The notes beneath the pieces were generated by a model. The model ran no database searches and was not told the DNA's origin. It worked only from the letters and a program-made list of their open reading frames with translations. Positions 1 through 9,469 of a DNA stretch of 64,000 nucleotides are shown piece by piece. The stretch lies in the NCBI GenBank assembly GCA_965233585.1, contig CBDDTI010000747.1, positions 288,001 through 352,000 of the forward strand. Direction: 5' to 3'. A program made the position numbers and the translations under genes. Source of the stretch: a bacterium. Lineage in GTDB: Bacteria; SAR324; NAC60-12. How positions within the stretch are numbered: the stretch's first letter is position 1; every line of letters begins with the position of its first letter.

Positions 1-1
1 G

Positions 2-247
2 ATTGCATATTCAGGTACTCATAACGATATGAAAATATTAGATTATCTTGCCAAAGGGTTGAATTATAAGTTTTGGTCTCATGACTTTTTGGCTAACCTT
101 CAAAGTACCAAATGTTGTAGTAGATATGCCTTGGATTGTTTAAGTATAGGGTGGCTTAAAGTCATCAATAGCATCAAGAACATTTTTATCGCAGTGTTGC
201 TTTATGAGCTGATTAAATCATTTAGAAAGTTTTCAAGAAAATTTTAA
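2..247 (+). CDS. 3' end of a membrane-associated hypothetical protein (partial, runs off window start)
   Basis: Frame is open from base 2 (IAYSGTHNDMKILD...) to TAA at 245-247; ends in a hydrophobic stretch followed by a basic tail (IFIAVLLYELIKSFRKFSRKF). Confidence 0.5.
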   Translation: MAYSGTHNDMKILDYLAKGLNYKFWSHDFLANLQSTKCCSRYALDCLSIGWLKVINSIKNIFIAVLLYELIKSFRKFSRKF

Positions 248-307
248 TCACCCCCCTCTTCTCTTTTTTTCAATTTCTTCAACTTTCTCATTCCCCTCAG
301 TTTCCCC

Positions 308-1213
308 GTCATTCGGAGCGAAAGCAGGAATCCAGTCACGTTAGGAATCCATACTTCATTTGGTGATAGATTCTGTGTCAAGCACGGAATGACAGGAGGA
401 TTTTGCTCACTTTGAAAACCGTCATTGCGGGCTTGACCCGCAATCTCTTCTTTTTCCCATTCCTTCGTCATTGCTGACCTTGAGTGAGCAATCTCTCTAC
501 TGCCGTCACTCCTGCGAAAGCAGGAATCCATGCGATGTTGACGATGGATTCCGTGTCAGGGACTCAAGTGACAGAAAAAAAGAGAGGGGAATTGAAACAC
601 TTTGCCTTTCGTCATTGCTGATCTTAAAAAAAGTCATTGCGGGCTTGACCCGCAATCTCTCTTTTTTCCCAAACTACCGCGTCATTGCTGACCTTGACCC
701 GCAATCTCTCTACTGCCGTCATTCGTAGCGAAAGAACGTCCACCTGTGAAAACAGGGGCAGGAATCCATGCCTTGTTTAGGGTAGATTCCGCATCAAGTG
801 CGGAATGACGGAGAGGTTTGCTGGCTTTCCTTCACTTTTGACAACTAACCCGTCATTGCGGGCTTGACCCGCAATCTCCCTTGTCTTTTTGCCAACAACG
901 CCTTTTTTGAGATTCCGCATCAAGTGCGGAATGACAAAGAGAGATACGGAATGACTGAGAGGTTTTGTAGGCGTGTCTTTTCGTCATGGCTCACTTTGAA
1001 AACTGTCATTGTGGGCTTGAACCGCAATCTCCTCTTTTTCTCCTAATTTTTTCATTTTGCCAAACGACTTTTGTTTTTTGAGATTCCGCATCAAGCACAG
1101 AATGACGTGAGTGTTGCAGTCTTATCTTTTCGTCAATGTTCACTTTGACCCGCAATCTCCTCTTTTTCATTGTGTTGACATTCTTTTTTTGAGATTCCGC
1201 ATCAAGTACGGAA
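308..1213. repeat. Mosaic array of GTCA/CGTC-tagged palindromic (REP-like, dRS3-like) repeats
   Basis: About 17-19 full or partial 26-29 bp units of form GTCATT(G/C)C-hairpin-G(C/G)AATC in both orientations, e.g. gtcattgcgggcttgacccgcaatctc at 421, 633, 852 and gattccgcatcaagtgcggaatgac at ~785, ~911, separated by variable pyrimidine-rich spacers. Confidence 0.9.
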
Positions 1214-1272
1214 TTTTGTTTGCTTACGTTAACGAAGTACGAAATGCGTTACCTTTTTATGACAGATAACAC

Positions 1273-1301
1273 TTGCCTCTTTCTCTTGATTTGTCTATAA
1301 T
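1273..1301 (+). promoter_or_regulatory. Putative sigma70 promoter for the dsbA-like gene
   Basis: TTGCCT-N17-TATAAT, 70 bp upstream of the ATG at 1372. Confidence 0.5.
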
Positions 1302-1371
1302 TTGGGGTTTGTTTAGTTTGCTATTTGTGTCAAATAGTATTTTTTATTAACTTAGTTACAAAGGTCGTGCT

Positions 1372-1968
1372 ATGAAAAACTTTGTTGGTTTGTTCGCATC
1401 ATTGGTGGTTGTTGGGTCTCTTCACGCAAATGTAAGAGGAGACTATGAGGTGTTGGGAGATGTTCCTGAAAAAGGAAGTAAAAAAGTGGTTAAGTTTGAG
1501 GAGTTTCTTAACTTTGGTTGTCCACATTGCAATAACCTACACAACCTCTCTAAAAACTTCCGTAAAAGTTACAAAAAGAAAGTAGAGTTTATTGATGTTC
1601 CTATCACATTTTCAGGTCAAAGCGATGCCCCCATTCGTTTGTATTATGTTGCAAAGTCTAAAGGTAGGGCAGACGAAGTCAAAAATGCACTATTTGACAC
1701 ACATCATAAATTTGGTGTGAATGTGTTTGACCCTGGCACAGTGAACTATCTTGCGAGGACTCTTGGGCTGGCTGATGCTTATCGTCAAGAGGCTAATGCT
1801 GCGTGGATTGATGAGCAAATTGCCAAAAACAATGCTCTTGCTAATGAATATGGAGTCAGGGGGACGCCGACTGTCATCATTGAAGGTTCACTTAAAATGA
1901 ACATTAGATCCATGGCAAGTTTTGTGAGGCTACTCCCTAACACCATTGAAGATTTGTTAGAAAGATAG
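1372..1968 (+). CDS. dsbA: DsbA-family thiol:disulfide oxidoreductase
   Basis: Signal peptide, CPHC active site, cis-Pro loop GVRGTPT. Confidence 0.85.
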   Translation: MKNFVGLFASLVVVGSLHANVRGDYEVLGDVPEKGSKKVVKFEEFLNFGCPHCNNLHNLSKNFRKSYKKKVEFIDVPITFSGQSDAPIRLYYVAKSKGRADEVKNALFDTHHKFGVNVFDPGTVNYLARTLGLADAYRQEANAAWIDEQIAKNNALANEYGVRGTPTVIIEGSLKMNIRSMASFVRLLPNTIEDLLER

Positions 1969-1972
1969 CAGA

Positions 1973-2770
1973 TTACCAAGCAAGCCTTGATGAAAGGTTT
2001 GTGAAGAAGTAGTGGCGGTTGAGAAAAAGCAGTTTTGCACGCAATTCTGATTCTTTGATCGTCACTTTGTCTCCAACATTGAGAGGAATTTGCTCTCTGC
2101 CGTCTGCAGTCAGATAGATTTCATTTTCTCGTGTGGATTCATCAATCTTGATTTCTACTTCAACATCATGCCTTAAAATGATGTTTCGGGAGCTGAAGTT
2201 ATACTCATTTAATCCTGCTAGAATCAAGCAACGTGCCTCAGGCATCACAATAGGAGCGCCAGCAGAAAGCAGATAGGCAGTACTACCTGTTGGAGTTCCG
2301 ACAATCACGCCATCACCGCGGATCCTGCGGATCAGCCTGTGATCCACAGAGCAGTCTAGTTCAAGCATACGATGCTTATTTTTGATAGCCACTTCATTCA
2401 GAACATGCAAGCTCCCTTTGGGGTGATGACATTGGAGTAAAACCCTTTCGCTTAAAAAACAATTCCCTTGAATTAATGCCATCAATAGTTTTTCAAGGTC
2501 ATCTTCATTGCCAGCAGTCAAAAATCCGATAGTGCCATAGTTGACAGCTAATGCAGGTGTATCAGGAAAATGCTTGACCACGAAAAGTAACGCACCATCG
2601 CCCCCCAATGAGATAATGGCGTCAAACTGTGGTAAATTGGAAGTGTCAGTTTTCCACGTAAAAGTCTCTGACTCAATATGATGCTGGTTGAGCCAAGATT
2701 GAGTTTGTGCAGCAATATGCTGGCATTTGAGGTTGCCAATAAAAAGACCAATTCGTTTGAGATGAACCAT
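1973..2770 (-). CDS. nadK: NAD(+) kinase
   Basis: LGGDG, GTIGFLT, LNE and GDGVIVGTPTGSTAY motifs. Confidence 0.95.
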   Translation of the reverse strand: MVHLKRIGLFIGNLKCQHIAAQTQSWLNQHHIESETFTWKTDTSNLPQFDAIISLGGDGALLFVVKHFPDTPALAVNYGTIGFLTAGNEDDLEKLLMALIQGNCFLSERVLLQCHHPKGSLHVLNEVAIKNKHRMLELDCSVDHRLIRRIRGDGVIVGTPTGSTAYLLSAGAPIVMPEARCLILAGLNEYNFSSRNIILRHDVEVEIKIDESTRENEIYLTADGREQIPLNVGDKVTIKESELRAKLLFLNRHYFFTNLSSRLAW

Positions 2771-3401
2771 GATTTTAAAAAAAATTAAACAGCTAAGCCT
2801 TTTCTTAATGCTTGGGGCATGTGCATCGCCATCGTTCCAAAGACAGCCTTTGATTGAACCTCACCTTGACAAATCTGTTGCCATCTTTCATGCGTTTCCG
2901 ATTGAACCTTTGCCCCCCAAAATCATACAACCCATTTTACAAAGACAGGAAAATCAAATTGGACAAATGTCAATTTTCAAAGATGTTGTTTTAAGTCAAG
3001 CAGCAAAGGAACGCATTGCCTCTGACCCAAAATTGCGAAGAAAACTTGAAATGTATTTGGAGACGTTGACATTGACAAATATCTCAAACATGGACATTTC
3101 AAGAAGTGTAGCGAAAATGCTGAATGTGGAACAATTCCTTATTATACACTATGAATTGTTTCCATGCACGGAGTGTGATTCCAAAAACTCTCTTTGGATC
3201 AAATTTCAGCTCATTGATGCTTATGACTCAACGATTGTCTGGAGTGGAGTCTGGAGTGAAGACCTAGAGGCTGAAGAGTTTGAAAATCTGGCACAAACCA
3301 CCAACAAGATGTCAGCTGACATTGTCAATGCCTTACCTCAACAAATCAAACAGCCATGGCACAGAAAACGTTACGTTCAGTTAAGCCAACTTGCGGATTG
3401 A
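2769..3401 (+). CDS. Hypothetical lipoprotein
   Basis: Lipobox LGAC after a basic/hydrophobic leader; 210 aa; CxxC (CTEC). Confidence 0.7.
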   Translation: MILKKIKQLSLFLMLGACASPSFQRQPLIEPHLDKSVAIFHAFPIEPLPPKIIQPILQRQENQIGQMSIFKDVVLSQAAKERIASDPKLRRKLEMYLETLTLTNISNMDISRSVAKMLNVEQFLIIHYELFPCTECDSKNSLWIKFQLIDAYDSTIVWSGVWSEDLEAEEFENLAQTTNKMSADIVNALPQQIKQPWHRKRYVQLSQLAD

Positions 3402-3402
3402 G

Positions 3403-4257
3403 TCAAATTTGATAAAGCTGTGGATATTTGCGACGCGCCACCTGAAGCATCGCCAAAAAGCGAGGCACGTATTCATAAGGCTCCTGCCTTAATTTCAACT
3501 TCCAATAGTTTCTAGTCTTCTGTTGTTTTATCTGCCTAGCAACATAGTTCGGTCCTCCATTATAAGAAGCAAGAACAAGCTCCCAGTCTCCACGATAACG
3601 TTTCTTTAATTGCACAAGATACAAAGCTGCCGCATGTGTCGCTTTTTTCCAATCATACCTCTCGTCCCGCAGCCAACCCACCTTTAACCCCTGTTCTTTT
3701 GCAGTAGAAGTGATGAACTGCCACAACCCTCTTGCACCTGTTGGAGAAACCGCATCAGTTTTGAAGGCAGACTCTAGCATCGGCAAATAAGCAAGCTCTA
3801 AAGGAAGTTTATGTTTTTTGAAGGTTTTGATGATATAAGGCATATATTTTTCAGAACGTTGCAAAGACACCCGAACAATAGAACTTTTGCTTGAACTATA
3901 ATATTTCCTGAATTTTGAAATGCGAGGATTGTCTTGAGACCAAATGTTCCCTCCAGACTGTTTTTTGTATTGATAAGAACGACTGCTTTTTTTCCCAGAC
4001 CATGCTTCTTCAAGCCAACGCCCCCCTGCAAGTAATGGATGTTGTTTGGCACGTTTCTTTTTGGGTTTAGCAACAGATGCTGTTTTTTGCCTTGACTCCT
4101 TAGGTGTTGACTTCTTGCCGTCCCACGCATTTTGAAGCCACTGACCTCCTGAAAAGGTAGAACTACATGCACCCAGAGTGATGATGAAAACCATCAATGA
4201 CCACTTTTTTAAAAATCTTTGAACCCATTCAAGTTTAGCTTTCATGTTCTTCTCCAA
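3403..4257 (-). CDS. Lytic transglycosylase (SLT domain, MltD-like, no LysM), lipoprotein
   Basis: LPMLES, GARGLWQF, ASYNGG and YVPRFLA motifs; lipobox LGAC. Confidence 0.9.
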   Translation of the reverse strand: MEKNMKAKLEWVQRFLKKWSLMVFIITLGACSSTFSGGQWLQNAWDGKKSTPKESRQKTASVAKPKKKRAKQHPLLAGGRWLEEAWSGKKSSRSYQYKKQSGGNIWSQDNPRISKFRKYYSSSKSSIVRVSLQRSEKYMPYIIKTFKKHKLPLELAYLPMLESAFKTDAVSPTGARGLWQFITSTAKEQGLKVGWLRDERYDWKKATHAAALYLVQLKKRYRGDWELVLASYNGGPNYVARQIKQQKTRNYWKLKLRQEPYEYVPRFLAMLQVARRKYPQLYQI

Positions 4258-5096
4258 TAATGATGATATGTCAATGTCTGTGTAGAAAAAAGCATTCCAA
4301 ATTTTTGCTTTTGTAAAATTTTGAAAGCAGTATCTCGTTTTTGATACGATTCAAACACACCAAAAACTGCAGAACCACTCCCACTGACTAATGCACCAGC
4401 AGTGCCAAGCCTTTTTAGAAACTGACAAATTTCTTTGAGTTTAGGATAATCTTGAAACAACGTCTTTTCAAAATCATTGATGAAACACTCTTGAAAATCT
4501 TGAAGATTATAAGGAGAAGGGAACTTGGAAGGATTCGCATCAGGCAAGCAATTTTGATAAGCGTCTTGGGTAGAAATCGCAAAATGGGGCTTTATCACAA
4601 TCATTGGAAATTCAGGAACATCATGTAACACTTCAAGACGTTCCCCAGTGCCACGAACACGACAAGGAAACCTTGAGAGAAAAAATGGAACATCTGAACC
4701 TAAATTTTGTGCTAATCGTAACAAAGTTTTTGACGAAAGGGGGTATCCATGCCAGCGGTTTAGGGCAATCAATGTTCCTGCCGCATTACCGCTTCCTCCG
4801 CCTAAACCTGCCTGATGAGGAATTTGTTTGTGAAGTTTGATTTTCAAGCAAACGTGCTGACCAAGCTCTTGCTCAAACAAACGCAAGGCACGCACGACCA
4901 AGTTGCTTTCTTGGGCTTCTTGAAAATTGACAGAACACTCAAAGTGCAAGCAATGATGACTGCTCAATTCTAAGCAATCAAATAATGCAACGGGAATGAG
5001 TTGTGTGTCTATTTCATGGAATCCATCATCTCGTTTGAATAAAATTTTGAGGGGTGCATTCAGCTTGGCAGGAGTCCAAATTTTAAGCTGTTTCAT
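4242..5096 (-). CDS. ispE: 4-(cytidine 5'-diphospho)-2-C-methyl-D-erythritol kinase
   Basis: PAKLN, IPHQAGLGGGSGNAA, LGSDVPFF, SGSGSAVFG. Confidence 0.95.
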   Translation of the reverse strand: MKQLKIWTPAKLNAPLKILFKRDDGFHEIDTQLIPVALFDCLELSSHHCLHFECSVNFQEAQESNLVVRALRLFEQELGQHVCLKIKLHKQIPHQAGLGGGSGNAAGTLIALNRWHGYPLSSKTLLRLAQNLGSDVPFFLSRFPCRVRGTGERLEVLHDVPEFPMIVIKPHFAISTQDAYQNCLPDANPSKFPSPYNLQDFQECFINDFEKTLFQDYPKLKEICQFLKRLGTAGALVSGSGSAVFGVFESYQKRDTAFKILQKQKFGMLFSTQTLTYHHYWRRT

Positions 5097-6384
5097 GCTT
5101 CAGTACTTCACAAGCACGTTCGTATTGGTTAGCTTCACAATAAATGTAGCATCTATTTCTTTCAGCAGATTCGTATTTGAGCGAACGAAGGGCATCAACT
5201 AGTGGCGTCTCTTTGAGTGTGCCATAAACTTTTTTTTGCAAAAAAATTACCTCTTGGATACGGTGTTTTTCTAGTCTTGAAAAGTAACTTGATGCCGTCA
5301 AAAGTAGAGGCTCAATGTTGACCTGCTTGAGAGTCTCTAAAGTGTGAGAACTTTCATCAGGAGACACCTGAACTAAAAACTTCATGGTCTGCCTCCTGAC
5401 AATCCGACCTGCCCAATATTGATTCCGATTTCTCCAAAGCTCAGCGTTCAAACAATCTTCACGAGCATTGAGAAAATTCTCTAAACTGCCATCAATGGAA
5501 AATGTGGTTTCCTGCTCTTGCAGACAACGTATCAAGTAATGGTCAAATGGTAAGGTTGTCTTATGCAAATAAACCTGCAAAAACATGTGCCACCTTGCAA
5601 ACAGAAAATTCTCGTAAGCATGCAAACCTTTGTCTAGCAATGCCAAGTTAATGACGCCCTCAGACTGCACACAAGACAGCGAACGCAACAACCTTTCCAG
5701 ATCAAACTTGCCATAACTCACACCGCAATAATAGGCGTCACGCAAAAGATAGTCCATGCGGTCGCAGTCTATTTCTCCGCTAATCAGATTTTTCAGCAAA
5801 GGGAAGATGTCAGGTTGTTCCTGATTTTGTGGAACTAAAGAATGCAGGTTGAGAAACTGCCTTCCCCCAATCAAAGCACAGATGTCGTAGGCTTCTTGCT
5901 CAGAAAGTGGTGCATCTTTGCCTTGAGTCATTGCACAGACTGCCATCATTGAAAAATCTTCATGTGATGCTTGCCCTTTTTGATTTGAAAATTTGAGCTT
6001 GGCAGGAAAGTCCAAATGTTCAAATGCAGGAAGCACAGACTCTGCAGAATGCGAAAAAGGAGGGTGTCCCAAGTCATGGGTCAATGCCGCCAATCTTAAA
6101 ATATGGCGAAAATAAGCAAGTTGTTTTGTTGAAAAAGCATCACGCACCCAAGTTGCCTGATTGAGTATCTGGTCAAACAAGCGAGACGCAAGGTGCATCG
6201 CTCCAATGCTGTGACTAAAACGAGAATGCGTGGCACCGGGATACACATAATAAGCAAATCCTAGTTGTGAAACATAACGAAGTCTTTGAAAAAGGGGGTG
6301 GTCAATGATCGCTTTCTCATGGCTTGTCAACTCTATGGTTTGATGAATGGGGCAACGCACTTCATAGGATTTTGTCAAAGACAT
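5083..6384 (-). CDS. HD-domain phosphohydrolase (SAMHD1/dNTPase-like)
   Basis: FQRLRYVSQLG, HSRFSHSIG, HDLGHPPFSH and DCDRMDYLLRD motifs. Confidence 0.9.
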   Translation of the reverse strand: MSLTKSYEVRCPIHQTIELTSHEKAIIDHPLFQRLRYVSQLGFAYYVYPGATHSRFSHSIGAMHLASRLFDQILNQATWVRDAFSTKQLAYFRHILRLAALTHDLGHPPFSHSAESVLPAFEHLDFPAKLKFSNQKGQASHEDFSMMAVCAMTQGKDAPLSEQEAYDICALIGGRQFLNLHSLVPQNQEQPDIFPLLKNLISGEIDCDRMDYLLRDAYYCGVSYGKFDLERLLRSLSCVQSEGVINLALLDKGLHAYENFLFARWHMFLQVYLHKTTLPFDHYLIRCLQEQETTFSIDGSLENFLNAREDCLNAELWRNRNQYWAGRIVRRQTMKFLVQVSPDESSHTLETLKQVNIEPLLLTASSYFSRLEKHRIQEVIFLQKKVYGTLKETPLVDALRSLKYESAERNRCYIYCEANQYERACEVLKHETA

Positions 6385-6385
6385 G

Positions 6386-7270
6386 TTACCAATTTTTTTC
6401 AGGGGGGGCTTGGTTGCCTAATTGTTGTTGTAACATTCTACGGACAAATCCTTTGCGGTTTTCTTGCACAGCATTCAAGGCTTGCTCTACTTGAAGTTTT
6501 GACAAAGAAAAAGGCGTTTGTTCATCGTCAGAGGTCTCTTGGGATAACCCTGATTCTTGCAAGCTATCAGATTCAGAATCTTGAGAGTCTTCTTGCTGGT
6601 CTTGCTTGGAATCTTGTTGCTGATTTGAATTTTGTGCTTGATTTTGCTGTTGCTGGTCTTGATTGTCTGAGTTTTGTGAGTCTTGTTGATTGTTCTGATT
6701 GTCTTGATTTTGTTGTTGCTGGTTGTCTGAGTTTTGTGAGTCTTCTTGCTGGTCTTGTTTAGAATCTTGTTGTTGATTTTGATTGTCTTGATTTTGTTGA
6801 TTATTCTGATTTTGTTGCTGGTCTTGCTTTTTCATAAAGTGGGCTAAAGCAAGATTATACTTGGTGTCAAAATCATCAGGATTTTGTTTGAGTGCATTGC
6901 GATAACTGGCGATGGCTTCATCAAGATTTTGATTGCATACATTTAAATTCCCCACATTGTAAAGCACTTTTGAGTTGAATTGAGAATCATCAGACCACGC
7001 CAACGCCTGATAAAATGATTGTTTTGCTTGTTCTATCTGATTGAGTTGTTGATAAACAAGCCCCATTTCATAATGAATTTGTGGAGAACGTGGCAAACTT
7101 TGCAGCTGTTTTTGGAGTTGTAACAATTCGTTTTGAACCGCCTCTTGTTCGCCGGGGTCATTCTGGCAAATTGCAAGAACTTCTTGGGCTTGATTCTGAG
7201 CAAAAAGTTTGAAAGGGATTAAGAACCAAACAACAATGACGCTTCTCAAAAAACGACTGATTTCTATCAT
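6386..7270 (-). CDS. TPR protein with Q/N/D-rich low-complexity linker (BatC-like)
   Basis: Signal peptide, TPR repeats (YNVGN...EAIASYRNALKQNPDD..TKYNLALA), Q/N/D tract, C-terminal EKNW. Confidence 0.8.
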   Translation of the reverse strand: MIEISRFLRSVIVVWFLIPFKLFAQNQAQEVLAICQNDPGEQEAVQNELLQLQKQLQSLPRSPQIHYEMGLVYQQLNQIEQAKQSFYQALAWSDDSQFNSKVLYNVGNLNVCNQNLDEAIASYRNALKQNPDDFDTKYNLALAHFMKKQDQQQNQNNQQNQDNQNQQQDSKQDQQEDSQNSDNQQQQNQDNQNNQQDSQNSDNQDQQQQNQAQNSNQQQDSKQDQQEDSQDSESDSLQESGLSQETSDDEQTPFSLSKLQVEQALNAVQENRKGFVRRMLQQQLGNQAPPEKNW

Positions 7271-7293
7271 TTTACAAACTGGTTTTTGTCATT

Positions 7294-8196
7294 TTACAAA
7301 TTGACAGCATGTTGCCTGATTTTTTTAGCAATATAAAATTCTGCCGCACGGTAAGAGCTACGAACAAGAGGACCTGATGCCACGTAGCCAAATCCTAGAT
7401 TCTCTCCAATCTTTTGTAACTCTTGAAATTCTTCAGGTGTGACGTAACGAAAGACTTCAAGCCTAGAATTACTGGGACGCAAATATTGTCCAAGTGTTAA
7501 AAAATCCACACGTGCTTGACGCAAATCCTTCATGGCTTGGATCACTTCTGCTCTCGTCTCCCCAAGTCCAAGCATCAAAGAAGACTTAGTGTAAGTTTGA
7601 GAATTTTTTCTTTTGACGTATGCCAGCACGTCAAGAGATTGTTGATAGGTAGCACGTGGATCTCGGACTGTTGGCGTGAGGCGTTCCACTGTCTCTAAAT
7701 TATGAGCCAACACATGGGGCTTGGAGTCCACCACTCTATCCAAACATGACTCTTGACCTTGAAAATCTGGGATTAACATTTCTACCAACAGTTGCGGATT
7801 TTTAAGACGCACGGCACGGATTGAGGCAAAAATATGCCCCGCACCTTGGTCAGCTAGCTCATCACGATTGACACTTGTCAAGACAACATAATCTAATTTC
7901 ATGTGTGCAATGGTTTCTGCCAGTTTACGTGGCTCTTCCAAATCAAGAGCTTCAGGTCGTTTGGACGTCTTGACTGCACAAAAACGGCAACCTCGTGTGC
8001 AAGTGTCTCCCATCATCATAAAAGTCGCAGTGCCTCCATTCCAACATTCACCAATATTGGGGCATTGTGCTTCTTGACAAACAGTACTTAACTGCAGTTT
8101 TTTGGATTGTTCACTAATCCAGTGGTATCTTTCTCCACCGGGAAACGGGACTTTCAGCCAAGAAGGCTTACGTTCTTTTTGGATTTTATTCATCAT
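7294..8196 (-). CDS. lipA: Lipoyl synthase
   Basis: CQEAQCPNIGEC, CTRGCRFC and RSSY motifs. Confidence 0.97.
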   Translation of the reverse strand: MMNKIQKERKPSWLKVPFPGGERYHWISEQSKKLQLSTVCQEAQCPNIGECWNGGTATFMMMGDTCTRGCRFCAVKTSKRPEALDLEEPRKLAETIAHMKLDYVVLTSVNRDELADQGAGHIFASIRAVRLKNPQLLVEMLIPDFQGQESCLDRVVDSKPHVLAHNLETVERLTPTVRDPRATYQQSLDVLAYVKRKNSQTYTKSSLMLGLGETRAEVIQAMKDLRQARVDFLTLGQYLRPSNSRLEVFRYVTPEEFQELQKIGENLGFGYVASGPLVRSSYRAAEFYIAKKIRQHAVNL

Positions 8197-8318
8197 TTAG
8201 CTTAAAACGTCTAAAACAGGGAATGATTTTGGGCGTCGTTTTCTTGTTAACTATTTAATACATTCAAAGGGAAAACTGTCACGCTTTGAAGGTTTTGATT
8301 ATAATTCTGCTTCAAATG

Positions 8319-9464
8319 TTATTCAAGTGTTGCCAGTAAACGCATGAACAAAAGGCATCGTTCTTTGAGGTTGTGTAGGTGTGCATATTCATTGAGTGTG
8401 TGCATGCCTCCACCATCAATGCCCAGTCCATCAAGGGTTGGACAACCTGCATTCATAGTAAAGTTTGCATCAGAACCTCCTCCTGTATGGATTCCTACTA
8501 AATCAATTCCTTGTTGTGATGCTAGTTGTTTGGCAGTTTGGAAAAGCTGTTTGGATTCTTCTGTTTCACTCATAGCAGGGCGATTCATGCCTCCTTCCAC
8601 TTGCCACTTGACAGAAGAATCCCGTGCAATGAGTTCGTGAACAGCATCAACAACCTTTTGCCCATCTTGATCTTGTTCAAATCGCAAATCAAGCCATGCT
8701 TCACAATGTTCAGGCACAACATTAGTGGCAGTTCCTCCATGAAACAATCCCATGTTGACAGTCAGCCCTTTTGAGTGGTCTGTTAATTTTTCAGCATCAA
8801 GCGTCAAACGAGCCATGGCACTAATTGCACTTCTTCCATCTTTTGGATTGATGCCTGCATGTGCCGCAACACCATGTGCTTTGATTTGAAAATGACCTGT
8901 GCCTTTGCGAGCTACGACAATTTGACCATCGTTGCGAGCTGCTTCTGTTACAAGACAATAAGCATGGTCTTTTGCCAGTTGGTGCAACAAGTCTTGTGTA
9001 GAATGAGAGCCAATTTCTTCATCAGGAGACGAAAAAAAAGTGATAGGCAGGTGTTGGATTCCAAGTTTTTTAAGTTGTTTACATGCGTAAAGTGCCATAT
9101 ATGCACCGCCTTTCATATCTGCAACGCCGGGTCCGTAAATTTTTTGATTTGCCACACGAAAAGGTATTTTTGCCAGTGTGCCAATAGGGTGAACAGTGTC
9201 CACATGGCAAGCAATCAAAATGCCTTTTTGAGACTTGACGTCGCCAAGAGTCCCAATGACTGTGTCAGCAGTGTCTTGAAAGTCTGGGTTAGAGATGCGT
9301 TGCACGTCAAGCCCTGCCTCTTTTGCATCTTGCACCACCTGATCTTGCATTAAGTTCACAGCTTGCTTGTCAGACGATGGCGATTCAATTTCAACCCACT
9401 TTTGGATTCCTGCTAGTAATTCATGTTCATCAAAAGATTGTCTCAATGTTTCAAGTGTATCCAT
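8319..9464 (-). CDS. M20-family metallohydrolase (carboxypeptidase G2-like)
   Basis: HVDTVH, GPGVADMKGG, DEEIGS, GGGSDANF and HTLNE motifs. Confidence 0.9.
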   Translation of the reverse strand: MDTLETLRQSFDEHELLAGIQKWVEIESPSSDKQAVNLMQDQVVQDAKEAGLDVQRISNPDFQDTADTVIGTLGDVKSQKGILIACHVDTVHPIGTLAKIPFRVANQKIYGPGVADMKGGAYMALYACKQLKKLGIQHLPITFFSSPDEEIGSHSTQDLLHQLAKDHAYCLVTEAARNDGQIVVARKGTGHFQIKAHGVAAHAGINPKDGRSAISAMARLTLDAEKLTDHSKGLTVNMGLFHGGTATNVVPEHCEAWLDLRFEQDQDGQKVVDAVHELIARDSSVKWQVEGGMNRPAMSETEESKQLFQTAKQLASQQGIDLVGIHTGGGSDANFTMNAGCPTLDGLGIDGGGMHTLNEYAHLHNLKERCLLFMRLLATLE

Positions 9465-9469
9465 ATTTT

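Noticed and set aside
244..1046. ORFs 244-531, 471-728 and 864-1046 (also 37582-37782)
   Set aside because: Translations of palindromic repeats with no protein-like features.
308..1213. CRISPR array
   Set aside because: Units vary in sequence and orientation, spacers are irregular, low-complexity and reused, and no cas genes are present; it fits a REP-type mosaic.
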